From the NCBI GenBank assembly GCA_963846575.1, contig CAWJWJ010000001.1, forward strand, positions 640,001 to 704,000: 64,000 nt of DNA, written 5' to 3'. Positions within the stretch are counted from its first letter, which is position 1; each line of letters starts with the position of its first letter. This document shows, piece after piece, positions 9,488-19,768 of the stretch. Origin of the DNA: an uncultured Nitrospiraceae bacterium. GTDB taxonomy: Bacteria > Nitrospirota > Nitrospiria > Nitrospirales > Nitrospiraceae. Below the pieces are notes generated by a model. That model saw only the letters and a program-made list of their open reading frames with translations. It was not told the origin of the DNA and made no database searches. The position numbers and the translations under genes are program-made.

Positions 9488-10318
9488 CTAGGTGCGGATG
9501 GCGGTAAGATAGCGCCGAAGAATCGCCTGCTCGACTCGCGAGCGGCCACGGTCCGGCGCAGGAAATCGGAGCACAAGATGAATGCGCCCGGCCTCCGGGA
9601 ATTGAATGGTGATCCGCGGGTCGGGAGATGGGGCTTCCAGCAGATTTCGTTGTTCGAGCAGTTTCATCTGCCGGCCCATTTGATCCATGAAGGGAGCGCA
9701 CTCCATCCTGGCGGCTTCGAGGAGGGCATGTTCGGCCGCCTGCCAGTTCTCCGAACTGAGCAGAGGGACTGAGAGTACATATAGGCCGTACTCTTGCGAG
9801 GGACTCTCTTTGATCAAGGGGTTGGTGAACAGAAGACTGTTCGGAAAGACGACAATGCGGCCGGTATAGAGATGTGACGTCTGACCGGGACCAATCTCCA
9901 GCAGTTTTGTGGAAAAGGCATCATGGTCAAGCACGACGCCGCGGTAGAGCCCTAACTGAATACGATCACCCACTCCATAAACGCCCCCTCCTACGCGCAA
10001 CGCGGCTCCGCTCCAGCACAGAATCAGCTCTTTTGTGGCAAGAACCACGGTCGCCGCCAATGCGACAAGAGACACGGCAAACGCTTCCAGCTCATGGGCC
10101 CAGATCACCACAAGACCCACGAGGAGTCCGAGCACCATGCTGTTGCGAAAGGTGACAATCCATCGGCGCTTCGCTTCGATGGTCAGAGTCTGGTTCCGCT
10201 TGATCGAGCGAACCACGACCATTCGAACGATGAGCAGGATGAGGAGGAGCAGGACGGACTTGATGAGGTCAAAGAAGACGCTGGAACCGATGACCGGCAG
10301 CATTTCTCGCATAGGCAA
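9488..10318 (-). CDS. Small-conductance mechanosensitive channel family protein
   Basis: Three N-terminal TM segments, then VGDRIQLG..RGVV and FPNSLL. Confidence 0.88.
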   Translation of the reverse strand: MPMREMLPVIGSSVFFDLIKSVLLLLILLIVRMVVVRSIKRNQTLTIEAKRRWIVTFRNSMVLGLLVGLVVIWAHELEAFAVSLVALAATVVLATKELILCWSGAALRVGGGVYGVGDRIQLGLYRGVVLDHDAFSTKLLEIGPGQTSHLYTGRIVVFPNSLLFTNPLIKESPSQEYGLYVLSVPLLSSENWQAAEHALLEAARMECAPFMDQMGRQMKLLEQRNLLEAPSPDPRITIQFPEAGRIHLVLRFPAPDRGRSRVEQAILRRYLTAIRT

Positions 10319-10329
10319 TACTGACCGCG

Positions 10330-10860
10330 TTACTGCGACGCGGCCTCATCCTCACTGACGCGCGGGATGCATTCCTCCCGTTTCCAATCCTTAAGCCGCT
10401 TGTCTTCACCGAAGGACAGCGTATACCGGTAACAATAGAGCGGTTCGCGGTAGGGCTCCTCGGCACCGGCCAAACTTTTCCCGAAGGGAGACGGCGAGGC
10501 CGGGGCTTTCGTTCTCTTCCCGGTGGTCAAGCTACTGGGATCCCAGGGATGGACTTCCCGGTCACCCATCGGCACGCGATACGTCCAGACCGTATCTCCA
10601 CCCAGCACCGGGGTCTTGGCCGTGCTGGGCGGTCCGAGCTTTTCGGCAATATCGTCCTGAGAGAGCCTCTTGACCCCCTTGCTGAGATACTGATCACGCC
10701 ACGGCCCTCCGCAGCCGGACAATATCACAAGACAAAGCAGAAAGAAGCAGGCAGTAGACCAACCCGGGCATCTCGCTCCGCTGCTCTTGTCATCCGTCAA
10801 CTGGTTACCGTTCCGAATCACGCCGCTCTCGAGTCCATCGGATTGAACAATACATCGCAT
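10330..10860 (-). CDS. Putative lipoprotein (SmpA/BamE-like segment)
   Basis: Lipobox LSGC, and IAEKLGPP...VWTY; start uncertain. Confidence 0.65.
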   Translation of the reverse strand: MRCIVQSDGLESGVIRNGNQLTDDKSSGARCPGWSTACFFLLCLVILSGCGGPWRDQYLSKGVKRLSQDDIAEKLGPPSTAKTPVLGGDTVWTYRVPMGDREVHPWDPSSLTTGKRTKAPASPSPFGKSLAGAEEPYREPLYCYRYTLSFGEDKRLKDWKREECIPRVSEDEAASQ

Positions 10861-11020
10861 AGCCCTGAGCCATCATGCCGGTAACCAGTAGTCCCAAGGC
10901 CGTCTGCAACCACACCGTACCGGGGTGCTCCAGCCCATAGATACCCAGTATAAATCCCACGGCAATGCAGACAATGCCTGCCCCACGCGCGATCAATGCA
11001 TTCGTTCGCAAATCAGTCAT
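10805..11020 (-). CDS. Small two-TM membrane protein
   Basis: Two hydrophobic stretches; co-oriented within the gene run. Confidence 0.6.
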   Translation of the reverse strand: MTDLRTNALIARGAGIVCIAVGFILGIYGLEHPGTVWLQTALGLLVTGMMAQGYAMYCSIRWTRERRDSER

Positions 11021-11082
11021 CGGGGGTTCACTCAGTGACAAAGCCGCTACGCTACACCGGGGCATCCCATCGGTTCAACTCA

Positions 11083-11775
11083 TCAACCCTGTTCGAGCTT
11101 CGTTTTCCCACGGATAGCATTGGCTCTTTCTTCCAGGACCCCGGCCTCTGTATCGCGCTTGAGTTTGCGCAATGCCCCGGCATAGTCGTCGAGATTCTTC
11201 ACTATATCAGGATGCTCAGGGCTCAGATGGTGTTCCCGCACCGCCAACGAGCGCCCTAATAATGTCGCCCCCGGCGCCCAGTTACCCTGAGCGAGATGCA
11301 TCGCGGCCAGGTTGCTCAATGCCAACGCCACCTCCAGATGATCCGGCCCCAGAATTTGCTCCTTGATCGCAAGCGCCCTCGTCAACAGTCGCTGGGCGTC
11401 GGCGTATTGTCCATGTTTGCGGTGCAGAACCCCAAGGTTGTTCAACATCGCGGCCACATCGAGATGGTTTTCACCATACATGTCCTGATAGATCTTGAGC
11501 GCCTCTAGGTAGAGCGGTTCTGCCTCAACAAATTTACCCTGCGCACTATAGGTTTGAGCCAGATGAGCGAGCGTCACCGCCATCCGTCGATCCTGACGGC
11601 CAAACTTCTCCGCTTTGTGGACGGCAACCGTAAAAATCTGTTCAGCCTCCCGGTATTCGCCTTGTTGCAGCGCCCAATCCCCCGCTTGCATGGCATCGTC
11701 CCACGACTGTTGTCCGCACGAGACAGTCATCAGTATGAAACACGTGAGCAGCAGGACCTGGCGTTTCGGCGTCAT
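11083..11775 (-). CDS. Tetratricopeptide-repeat lipoprotein
   Basis: TVSC lipobox; kinesin-light-chain-type TPRs (LNNLG..., RALAIKEQILGPDH). Confidence 0.9.
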   Translation of the reverse strand: MTPKRQVLLLTCFILMTVSCGQQSWDDAMQAGDWALQQGEYREAEQIFTVAVHKAEKFGRQDRRMAVTLAHLAQTYSAQGKFVEAEPLYLEALKIYQDMYGENHLDVAAMLNNLGVLHRKHGQYADAQRLLTRALAIKEQILGPDHLEVALALSNLAAMHLAQGNWAPGATLLGRSLAVREHHLSPEHPDIVKNLDDYAGALRKLKRDTEAGVLEERANAIRGKTKLEQG

Positions 11776-13160
11776 GATCGGTTCATCTGCTCGACGATGG
11801 ATTCGGCCGGATAGGTCACAATTTCCGCCAACGTCGGGTGATAGTGCGGGATGCGGAGCAGGTCCTGAGCGGTTCCGTGGAAATACATCACGGCGAGGAG
11901 TTCATGGATCAGTTCCGACGCATGCGGGCCGACGATGTGTGCGCCCAGCAAGGCTCCGGTATCCGAACGACACAGGAGCTTCACGAACCCATGCACAGCC
12001 CCCATGACCATCGCTTTCCCATGGTCAGCGAACGGGTAGGAGGCGGTCAGGTATGGGACACCCTGGCCTCGGCATTGCCGTTCGCTCAGCCCGGCAACCG
12101 CAACCTGCGGTTCGGTGAACACCGCCTCGGCATCCAGGCGATGATCCACCACTCGCGCGGGGTCATTCGGGTGAGTCGCATTGAATGCTGCGATTTCACC
12201 CTGCTGGATCGCCAGATGCACGATCGGGGTGAGATCATTCACATCGCCCACTGCAAATATGTGAGACTGGGAGGTCCGCATGTCCGGAGTGACCGTCAAT
12301 CGACCGTCAACCACGGTCACTCCCGCCGCCTCAAGGCCCAAACCCTGCAGGTTGGGGCGACGGCCGAGGGCTTGAAGTATATACTCACCGGAGCGTGCCT
12401 GCAGGGCACCGCGCTGCATATAGTGCACCGTTTTTTCTGACGGTGCGGCCGTCACGCGCTTGAACGACACATTGGTCACCACCTCGATCCCCTCCTCGCG
12501 AAACGAGGCCTCCAGCGCCCGGCCGACATCCTCGTCCATATCGGACAACAATGTTGCACTCCGTTGAAGGATGGTCACCTTAGTCCCGATGCGGCCGAAA
12601 AATTGTCCCAGTTCGACAGCCACCGGACCGCCGCCCAATACCAGCAGCGAGTGGGGCGCCTGACGGAGATCGAGAATTGAGTCACTGGTCAGGCAGGCGG
12701 ACGCGTCTAACCCGGGAATCGCTGGGTCTCTGGCGGTCGACCCGGTGGCAATCACGAATGTGTGGCCGTGTATCCGAACGTCTCCGGCAAGGATGTCGTG
12801 GGGGGAAACGAATTCTGCGCGCGACTCGTACAGCGTGAACCCTGGATCGCGCAACGCGGCGACGCGATAGTCCGCAAACTCCTGCACTAACCGGTTTTTG
12901 CGATCGACGATGGCCGACAGGTCAGCACGGGCCGTGACGGGGACAATCCCGAACTCGCGCGCCCGCTTCATCATCGCCATGATTTCGGACGATTGAAGAA
13001 ACGTCTTCGTCGGCATGCAGCCGCGCAAGATACAGAGGCCACCCAGGGGACCATGATCGACGATGGCCACATCGGCGCCCGCATCGCGCGCCGTTCGTGC
13101 AGCCGCATAGCCGGCAGAGCCTCCGCCGATAATGACAACGTCGTGTCGACGTTCGGTCAT
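11772..13160 (-). CDS. Pyridine nucleotide-disulfide oxidoreductase (dihydrolipoyl dehydrogenase family)
   Basis: GGGSAG, redox-active GGLCILRGCMPTK, and C-terminal HPTLAE. Confidence 0.92.
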   Translation of the reverse strand: MTERRHDVVIIGGGSAGYAAARTARDAGADVAIVDHGPLGGLCILRGCMPTKTFLQSSEIMAMMKRAREFGIVPVTARADLSAIVDRKNRLVQEFADYRVAALRDPGFTLYESRAEFVSPHDILAGDVRIHGHTFVIATGSTARDPAIPGLDASACLTSDSILDLRQAPHSLLVLGGGPVAVELGQFFGRIGTKVTILQRSATLLSDMDEDVGRALEASFREEGIEVVTNVSFKRVTAAPSEKTVHYMQRGALQARSGEYILQALGRRPNLQGLGLEAAGVTVVDGRLTVTPDMRTSQSHIFAVGDVNDLTPIVHLAIQQGEIAAFNATHPNDPARVVDHRLDAEAVFTEPQVAVAGLSERQCRGQGVPYLTASYPFADHGKAMVMGAVHGFVKLLCRSDTGALLGAHIVGPHASELIHELLAVMYFHGTAQDLLRIPHYHPTLAEIVTYPAESIVEQMNRS

Positions 13161-13228
13161 GTGAGCTAGTTGTCGTGACATGCCGTGAACGATTATATTG
13201 CGCAGCGGATGAATTGTAAGGATACACT

Positions 13229-13447
13229 ATGATCAAACCCGGTCGCTATCGTCACTATAAGGGGAAGGATTATGAAGTGCTCGGGGTGGCGAGACACTCT
13301 GAAAACGAGGAGGAATACGTCGTGTATCGCCAACTCTACGGAGAAGGCGGCCTCTGGATCAGGCCGATGGGAATGTTTCTGGAATCGGTGTCGGTCGAGG
13401 GGGTGGTGATGCCCCGGTTTCGGCGACTAGAGGAAGGTCCAGTGTGA
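13229..13447 (+). CDS. DUF1653 family protein
   Basis: GRYRHYKG..YEV..ARHSE..VVYR.LY..LWIRP..MF. Confidence 0.92.
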   Translation: MIKPGRYRHYKGKDYEVLGVARHSENEEEYVVYRQLYGEGGLWIRPMGMFLESVSVEGVVMPRFRRLEEGPV

Positions 13448-13900
13448 GAAAGTGGCGGCCTGCCCCACGCAGCGCCCCGCGCGGTCACTGACGCTCCAGA
13501 CGATTGCGTTTTCGATCAGGAACCGACGCCCGCTGGTAGAGATTCTGACTCCCCGGTAGTTATCCAGGTAGCCTCGCGTGCGGGCACGCTCAAGCATCCA
13601 TTCCCGCTCTGCGCGGTTGACGGCCTCCGCCGTCAGGCGGGAGGGCGTCCGCAACAGATCCTCCCACGTCGTCTCCCAGAGCGTGAGTGCGAGATGCGTA
13701 CCGTAATTCAGCATCGGGTCGGCTTCAATCCCATGCGACACGACGACGAAGGGTGCCAAAAACAATGCGTGTGCCTGTTCGTCAGGCCCTCCGACCCGCT
13801 GAAGCAAATCTCGCCCCAGCCATTGGCGATAACTGTCCAGCAGCAGTTGGGACCATTCGACGACCGACGGCTGACTCCACACCTGGTTTGGATCGTCCAT
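13427..13900 (-). CDS. MEKHLA-domain protein
   Basis: LF.APFVVVSHG..DP.LNY, PSRLTAE, Y.GVRIS.SGRRF.I and GQAATF motifs. Confidence 0.9.
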   Translation of the reverse strand: MDDPNQVWSQPSVVEWSQLLLDSYRQWLGRDLLQRVGGPDEQAHALFLAPFVVVSHGIEADPMLNYGTHLALTLWETTWEDLLRTPSRLTAEAVNRAEREWMLERARTRGYLDNYRGVRISTSGRRFLIENAIVWSVSDRAGRCVGQAATFSHWTFL

Positions 13901-14014
13901 CGCCCCTCCCCGGACTACATCGGGAGTTGGTGGGGTACATACGACTCTAGAATCCGGGAGTCTCCCGATGCTGTTCCGTGGTTAACACGCTTGCATTCCC
14001 GATGCAACGCACGA

Positions 14015-14566
14015 CTATGAAGTGCTCTTTCGTAATTGGCGCACAAACAGTGCCTTGCCCTCCGATCCCAGCAACGTCATCAGCAGGTCGCCGCGTCGTA
14101 CAGCAGTTCGATGGGCGTCTCGCTCGAAGTCTCGGGTCGCAATCTGACAAGACCATATTTCTTTGGGTTCGTCGTGCCCTGTCGCCTTGAGAATGACGCG
14201 GCCGCTCCGGCGGACTTCGTACGTCATGTCCATTGGCACCGTCTGAAGCACCTTGCCCGGACTGTCCTGAATCGGCCGCCTTGAGTGGGCCGATTTTGCG
14301 CCCCCATGAGTCGTATACTGAAAAACTTGATGCGGAAACAGATAGGGAGCCCGGGGATTTCGGAAACGATAGGGTGAATCGAACGTCACCAGTTCCCAGT
14401 CGCCAGCCAGGTCCCGGCCCACGCAAGTCCGGGCGTATCCGACCTGAAGGGCTGTTCCAGCTTTCATGAGGGACTTGTGAACGGGGTGATCGGTAGCCTC
14501 CGCAGGGCACCAGGCTGTAACAGCCCCCAAACCGATGATGAGGAGTGCAGCTATCCAGCGTGTCAT
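14015..14566 (-). CDS. Secreted hypothetical protein
   Basis: AGGAGG SD before ATG 14566; signal peptide; LAGDWELV lipocalin-like start. Confidence 0.7.
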   Translation of the reverse strand: MTRWIAALLIIGLGAVTAWCPAEATDHPVHKSLMKAGTALQVGYARTCVGRDLAGDWELVTFDSPYRFRNPRAPYLFPHQVFQYTTHGGAKSAHSRRPIQDSPGKVLQTVPMDMTYEVRRSGRVILKATGHDEPKEIWSCQIATRDFERDAHRTAVRRGDLLMTLLGSEGKALFVRQLRKSTS

Positions 14567-14664
14567 AGGGATCCTCCTGCTGAGAGACAATTCCTCTCCT
14601 GCCTGTTCTCGCTTCATCAAGACAAGCCTAGCAGAGGATTGGACGTCGCCAGAAACCCGTAATA

Positions 14665-14898
14665 TTAAGGGTCTTTCCGTACGTCTGCGGCCGGGGACGG
14701 GGCGGGTAAAGACTTGGGGGCTCGCGGCAACACCCGGTATTCGATCAGCCGGCAGGTACAAAAGGAAACCTGCCGCCATTCTGCGGTGATCTTGACGATA
14801 GCCGATCCGCAGATCGAACAACCCAGCGCTCGAGGATCGCGCTTGATGGTCCATCGGGGAATCGTGATACGTTCGCTGTCGAGTGGTTCCTGTTCCAT
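14665..14898 (-). CDS. Small hypothetical protein with CxxC...CxC
   Basis: 77 aa ORF containing CSIC and CTC; sigma28-like motif immediately upstream. Confidence 0.45.
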   Translation of the reverse strand: MEQEPLDSERITIPRWTIKRDPRALGCSICGSAIVKITAEWRQVSFCTCRLIEYRVLPRAPKSLPAPSPAADVRKDP

Positions 14899-15053
14899 GG
14901 AGACCTTATCGGTCCCGGGTTTTAAAATCTGAAGAGGAATGTGTCGGCCACCCTTTACCCTTGATGCGGCAGGCCTGGTCGCATATATAATGGTCCCGCA
15001 TTATATCGAGCCATCGTCATTAAAGACGGCTCGGCCTAGAAGGAGTGACGGCC

Positions 15054-16457
15054 ATGGGTCCACAGACATTGTTCGATAGAATTTGGGATGAACACGTGGT
15101 TCGGGCAGAACCTGACGGTACCACGTTACTGTACATTGATCGCCATTTGGTTCATGAAGTCACATCTCCTCAAGCCTTTGAAGGACTGACTGTCGCGGGG
15201 CGAGTGCCCCGTAGGCCGGGCGCTGCGCTTGCCGTGCCCGACCATAACGTCCCGACGACCGACCGAGGATTGGCCATTGCCGACCCTGTCAGCGCGAAAC
15301 AAATTCAAACGCTGCAGGATAATTGTGCCGCCTTTGGGATTACCTTCTTCGGTATGAATGATATTCGGCAAGGGGTCGTTCATATCATCGGCCCTGAACA
15401 GGGGTTCACCTTGCCAGGCATGACCATTGTCTGCGGGGATTCCCATACCTCGACCCATGGCGCCTTTGGCGCGCTCGCATTTGGAATCGGGACCAGCGAA
15501 GTCGAACATGTCCTGGCCACCCAATGTTTAGTCCAAAAACGCCCCAGAACCATGGAAGTCCGGGTCGAGGGACACTTGTCGCCCCGTTGCTCGGCAAAAG
15601 ACGTGATTTTGGCCATTATCGGCAAGATCGGCACGGCCGGTGGAACGGGCTACGTCATCGAATACACCGGTTCGACGATTCGTGGACTCAGCATGGAAGG
15701 CCGGATGACCCTCTGCAACATGTCGATCGAGGCCGGAGCCCGGGCCGGCATGGTCGCGCCGGACGACACAACGATCGCCTACATTCAAGGACGTCCCATG
15801 GCCCCGAAGGGCGCCCTCTGGGAGCAGGCGGTCAACGCCTGGCGACAACTCAAGACCGATCCTGGCGCACGATACGATGCCGTGGTGGAGTTGCAAGCTG
15901 AAACCATCGCGCCGCAAGTCACCTGGGGTACGAGTCCGGGGATGGTCACCGGTGTGGACGGCAATGTGCCGGATCCCCGCACCATGGATGATCAGAAACT
16001 CCGCGAGGCCACTGAGCGGGCTCTCTCCTACATGGCATTGGCGCCCGGCATGCCGATACGAGACATCAAGATCGATAGAGTGTTCATCGGGTCCTGCACG
16101 AATGCCCGGATCGAAGATCTTCGGCTCGCAGCCTCCTTCGCCAAGGGCAAAAAGGTGGCCGGGAGCGTGCACGCAATGGTGGTGCCCGGGTCGGGTCTCG
16201 TTAAACAACAGGCTGAACAAGAAGGACTCGATCGAATTTTCAAAGACTCGGGATTCGAATGGCGGGAAGCCGGATGCAGCATGTGCCTGGCCATGAATGC
16301 CGACGTGCTGAAACCGGGAGAACGCTGCGCCTCGACCAGCAATCGAAATTTTGAGGGACGCCAGGGAGCTGGCGGGAGAACGCACCTCGTGTCCCCTGCC
16401 ATGGCGGTGGCTGCCGCCATTGAAGGTCATTTCGTGGATATCCGTCATTGGTCATGA
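15054..16457 (+). CDS. leuC: 3-isopropylmalate dehydratase large subunit
   Basis: [25 protein letters not shown] and [12 protein letters not shown] motifs. Confidence 0.98.
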   Translation: MGPQTLFDRIWDEHVVRAEPDGTTLLYIDRHLVHEVTSPQAFEGLTVAGRVPRRPGAALAVPDHNVPTTDRGLAIADPVSAKQIQTLQDNCAAFGITFFGMNDIRQGVVHIIGPEQGFTLPGMTIVCGDSHTSTHGAFGALAFGIGTSEVEHVLATQCLVQKRPRTMEVRVEGHLSPRCSAKDVILAIIGKIGTAGGTGYVIEYTGSTIRGLSMEGRMTLCNMSIEAGARAGMVAPDDTTIAYIQGRPMAPKGALWEQAVNAWRQLKTDPGARYDAVVELQAETIAPQVTWGTSPGMVTGVDGNVPDPRTMDDQKLREATERALSYMALAPGMPIRDIKIDRVFIGSCTNARIEDLRLAASFAKGKKVAGSVHAMVVPGSGLVKQQAEQEGLDRIFKDSGFEWREAGCSMCLAMNADVLKPGERCASTSNRNFEGRQGAGGRTHLVSPAMAVAAAIEGHFVDIRHWS

Positions 16458-16535
16458 CGCCGGGGTCTCCCTGGTCCATGGCACGCGATTCAGTACAGTC
16501 ATGTCACGCAGGAAGCATGAGAGGATGAACAAGGG

Positions 16536-17156
16536 ATGAATGCGTTCACCATTCTTACCGGCTTGGTTGCGCCGCTGGACCGGCCGAATGTCGATACCGA
16601 TCAGATTATTCCGAAACAGTTTTTAAAGACGATCAAGCGGACAGGTCTGCGAGAAGGTCTATTCTATGATTGGCGGCGGCGGAAGGATGGCTCCCAGGAT
16701 CCGGCTTTCTTCCTGAACCAACCCCGTTACCAGCGGGCTACCATTTTGTTGGCGAGGGAAAACTTCGGCTGTGGATCATCGCGGGAACACGCTCCATGGG
16801 CCTTGCTGGATCAGGGCTTTCGATGCGTGCTCGCCCCTTCCTTCGCGGACATTTTCTATAATAATTGCTTTCAAAACGGCATGCTGCCCGTCGTGCTGAA
16901 GGCAGGTGAAATCCAGGCGCTGTTCAACGCGGTGGAGGCCCGGGAAGGGTATGAACTCACAGTGGACCTTGCTGCCCAACGCGTTACCACGCCGGAAGGC
17001 ACCGCGTATCACTTTGACATCGACCTTTTTCGGAAAGACTGCCTGTACCGCGGGTTGGACGCAATCGGTCTCACGCTTCAGCAGACCGATCAAATCAAAC
17101 TGTACGAAACGCGCCGTCGCACGCAAGCCCCTTGGCTATTTCAGGATGTGACGTAG
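16536..17156 (+). CDS. leuD: 3-isopropylmalate dehydratase small subunit
   Basis: [13 protein letters not shown] and [11 protein letters not shown] motifs. Confidence 0.98.
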   Translation: MNAFTILTGLVAPLDRPNVDTDQIIPKQFLKTIKRTGLREGLFYDWRRRKDGSQDPAFFLNQPRYQRATILLARENFGCGSSREHAPWALLDQGFRCVLAPSFADIFYNNCFQNGMLPVVLKAGEIQALFNAVEAREGYELTVDLAAQRVTTPEGTAYHFDIDLFRKDCLYRGLDAIGLTLQQTDQIKLYETRRRTQAPWLFQDVT

Positions 17157-17172
17157 CCGAGGGGACCGCACG

Positions 17173-17517
17173 ATGCCAAAAATACTCCTGACCCTATTGT
17201 TTTTCGGCGTCGCCGCCTTGCTTCTGATCAGCTTCAATTGGAGTTACTCCGACGGCGAACGCGTGGGGTACCTCCAAAAGCTGTCTCGGAAAGGGTGGAT
17301 TTGCAAAACGCAGGAAGGTGAGCTCGCCATGACCACGGTACCCGGCGTCGCCCCCCTGCTCTGGGACTTCAGTGTGTGGGATGATTCCGTGGCCAGAAAA
17401 CTGGACGGGCAGATGGGTAAACGCGTCGTGCTTCACTACCGGGAGTTTCGTTATATCCCCACCACGTGTTTCGGAGAAACCAATTACTTCGTGGATCGCG
17501 TCGAGATCCTGGACTGA
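17173..17517 (+). CDS. Conserved hypothetical membrane-anchored protein
   Basis: N-terminal TM followed by YSDGER.G..QK.S.KGW.CKT.EGEL. Confidence 0.8.
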   Translation: MPKILLTLLFFGVAALLLISFNWSYSDGERVGYLQKLSRKGWICKTQEGELAMTTVPGVAPLLWDFSVWDDSVARKLDGQMGKRVVLHYREFRYIPTTCFGETNYFVDRVEILD

Positions 17518-17537
17518 CCGGTTTATCTCACGAACCG

Positions 17538-18596
17538 CTACAGCCACTTCTTTTGCTTAAAGAAGTACAGCATGGATACGCCGGTCACGGCCATGACGCC
17601 CAGCACGGCCGGATACCCCCACGTTGATTTCAACTCCGGCATGTGTTCGAAATTCATCCCGTAGATACTGGCGATAAAACTCAGCGGCATAAAGATGGTG
17701 GTGATGATCGTTAATATTTTCATGACCCCATTCAAACGATAACTGACGCTGGAAAGATAGACTTCCATCATGGACGAGACCATTTCCCTCAAGGTCTCGA
17801 CCGTATCGCCGATCTGAATGACGTGGTCATACACGTCCCGGAAAAAGACTTTCGTCGAGCCTTGTAAGAATTTCCCATCAGACCGGGAGAGATTGTTCAT
17901 GACTTCCCGTAGGGGCCAGACAGAGCGGCGCAAGAAGAGGAGCTGCCGCTTGAGCGAATGGATGTCCCGAAGGGTTTCCGGTCCTGGATTGGTGAGGCAA
18001 AGGTCCTGGAGGGCTTCGATTCGTTCTCCCAGCGTTTCCAGAATAATGAAGTAGCGATCTACGATCGAATCCATCAACGCGTACAGCAGATAATCTGCCC
18101 CCGCGTGACGCAGACGGCCCTTACCGTTCCGCAAGCGCTCCTTCACCCCTTGAAATACGTCGCCGCCATTCTCCTGGAACGACAAAAGGAAATTTTCTCC
18201 AAAAACCAAGCTGACCTGCTCAACGTTGATGTCTCCCGGACGGTGCCCTTCATACAGCATTTTCAGCACGACATAGCCATAGGCACCATAATCGTCCAGT
18301 TTCGGGCGCTGGTCGGTGTTCGCAATATCCTCCAACAGCAGCGGATGGAGTCCAAATATTTTTCCGAAGGACTCCAGCACGTCCATCTTGTGAATACCCC
18401 CGATGTCCACCCATCGAACGGTCGGTTCCCCTGTGAGGGTAATTTCGTCCGGTTTCGCAACGGTTCGCTCTTGAAACTGTCCTTCGCCGTACTCATAGAC
18501 TGAAAGGGTGACGTTCTCGGATCTCTTTTCACCGATATGCACCAGCGTGCCGGGCGGCAGGCCGGACTTTCGCGAATGTTTGTGCATCAATTTCAT
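17538..18596 (-). CDS. corA: Magnesium/cobalt transporter CorA
   Basis: GLPPGTL, LHPLLLEDI..QRPK and YGMNF..MPEL motifs. Confidence 0.97.
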   Translation of the reverse strand: MKLMHKHSRKSGLPPGTLVHIGEKRSENVTLSVYEYGEGQFQERTVAKPDEITLTGEPTVRWVDIGGIHKMDVLESFGKIFGLHPLLLEDIANTDQRPKLDDYGAYGYVVLKMLYEGHRPGDINVEQVSLVFGENFLLSFQENGGDVFQGVKERLRNGKGRLRHAGADYLLYALMDSIVDRYFIILETLGERIEALQDLCLTNPGPETLRDIHSLKRQLLFLRRSVWPLREVMNNLSRSDGKFLQGSTKVFFRDVYDHVIQIGDTVETLREMVSSMMEVYLSSVSYRLNGVMKILTIITTIFMPLSFIASIYGMNFEHMPELKSTWGYPAVLGVMAVTGVSMLYFFKQKKWL

Positions 18597-18740
18597 GTAG
18601 GGTCAGCTTGTACGCGTATCCTTAAATCGGGTCAAGAGTCTCCTCTCCCTCATGGATCCATTCTCCTCTTTGTTCCCGGCTGCAGACCTGGTACGGTGGG
18701 AAGGAGTACGTCCGCTATCGAATCTGGAGTCGACATCCCA

Positions 18741-19550
18741 ATGGAACAGGAACTCGCCACATTGTCCCACACGATGCTCCGTGCCGGTCGCGAGGCCCTC
18801 AGATTGGCGCAGGAGGGGTTTGAAATTCATACGAAACCGGATCGCTCTCCGGTCACCTCTGTCGACTTGGCCGTGAATCAGATTTTTCGGGACAACTTGT
18901 CGGCGGCATATCCGGATGATGGCTGGCTCTCGGAGGAATCTCCGGACACTCCCGACCGGCTGGATAAGAAACGAGTCTGGATCGTCGACCCAATCGATGG
19001 AACCCGCTCATTCGTGCGAGGCCTGCCTGAATTCTGCCTGTCGGTGGCGCTGGTTGAACAGGGTCTGCCGGTGGTCGCAGCCATTTTCAATCCTTCCACG
19101 GGCGAATTCTTTTCCGCTATCCGGGGTCGGGGCCTGCGCGTCGAACGCCATGTCGGAGCTGACAAGCCTCCCTTCACATCCAGCGAGCGTCCGCTCGCCC
19201 TCGTGAGTCCCTGGGAACTTCAGGCCGGCCGTTTTCAATCACTCGCACCCTACATCAGTTGCCGTCCCATCGGATCAATTGCCTATGCCCTCGCGCTGGT
19301 CGCAGCGGGGCAAGCGGAGGCTGCCATGACGATGGAAGGGGGGAACGAATGGGATATTGCCGCCGGAGTCCTCCTTATTGAAGAAAGCGGAGGACGCGCC
19401 ACGACCCCGTCAGGCCATCCCTTTTCCTTCAATCGTACAGATCCTCGACTGCATGGCACCTTCGCCCTCGCCCCGGATCTACCTGCACCTCTGCAGGCCC
19501 AGTTAAGACAACTCGGCGCAACCGGGTCTCCCCTTCGCTCGTCTCTGTGA
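18741..19550 (+). CDS. 3'(2'),5'-bisphosphate nucleotidase CysQ / inositol monophosphatase family
   Basis: LSEE, WIVDPIDGT and EWDIAAG motifs. Confidence 0.88.
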   Translation: MEQELATLSHTMLRAGREALRLAQEGFEIHTKPDRSPVTSVDLAVNQIFRDNLSAAYPDDGWLSEESPDTPDRLDKKRVWIVDPIDGTRSFVRGLPEFCLSVALVEQGLPVVAAIFNPSTGEFFSAIRGRGLRVERHVGADKPPFTSSERPLALVSPWELQAGRFQSLAPYISCRPIGSIAYALALVAAGQAEAAMTMEGGNEWDIAAGVLLIEESGGRATTPSGHPFSFNRTDPRLHGTFALAPDLPAPLQAQLRQLGATGSPLRSSL

Positions 19551-19768
19551 TGCTTTCCATCACCCGATGTTGTCTGTAGGATGCTCCCTGACTTGTTTCG
19601 GGCGACGAGGCATTGGAGTCCTACGGCACGAGTGATCTTAAACAAGACGGGCGGCGAAATCGTCCTCCCGGCGAGGCAGAGCATCATAAGAACGGTAACG
19701 AGGACCTCGGACAGCAAAGCGAGTGAATGTCGATCGTTGGGAGCATCGAAATTGCAGGGAGGTCGTGC

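Noticed and set aside
11772..13160. Possible mercuric reductase merA
   Set aside because: No C-terminal Cys-Cys pair, no mer genes nearby, and it has the HPTLAE motif of the lipoamide dehydrogenase type.
17173..17517. 6-phosphogluconate dehydrogenase label often given to this family
   Set aside because: Only 114 aa with no Rossmann motif; kept as hypothetical.
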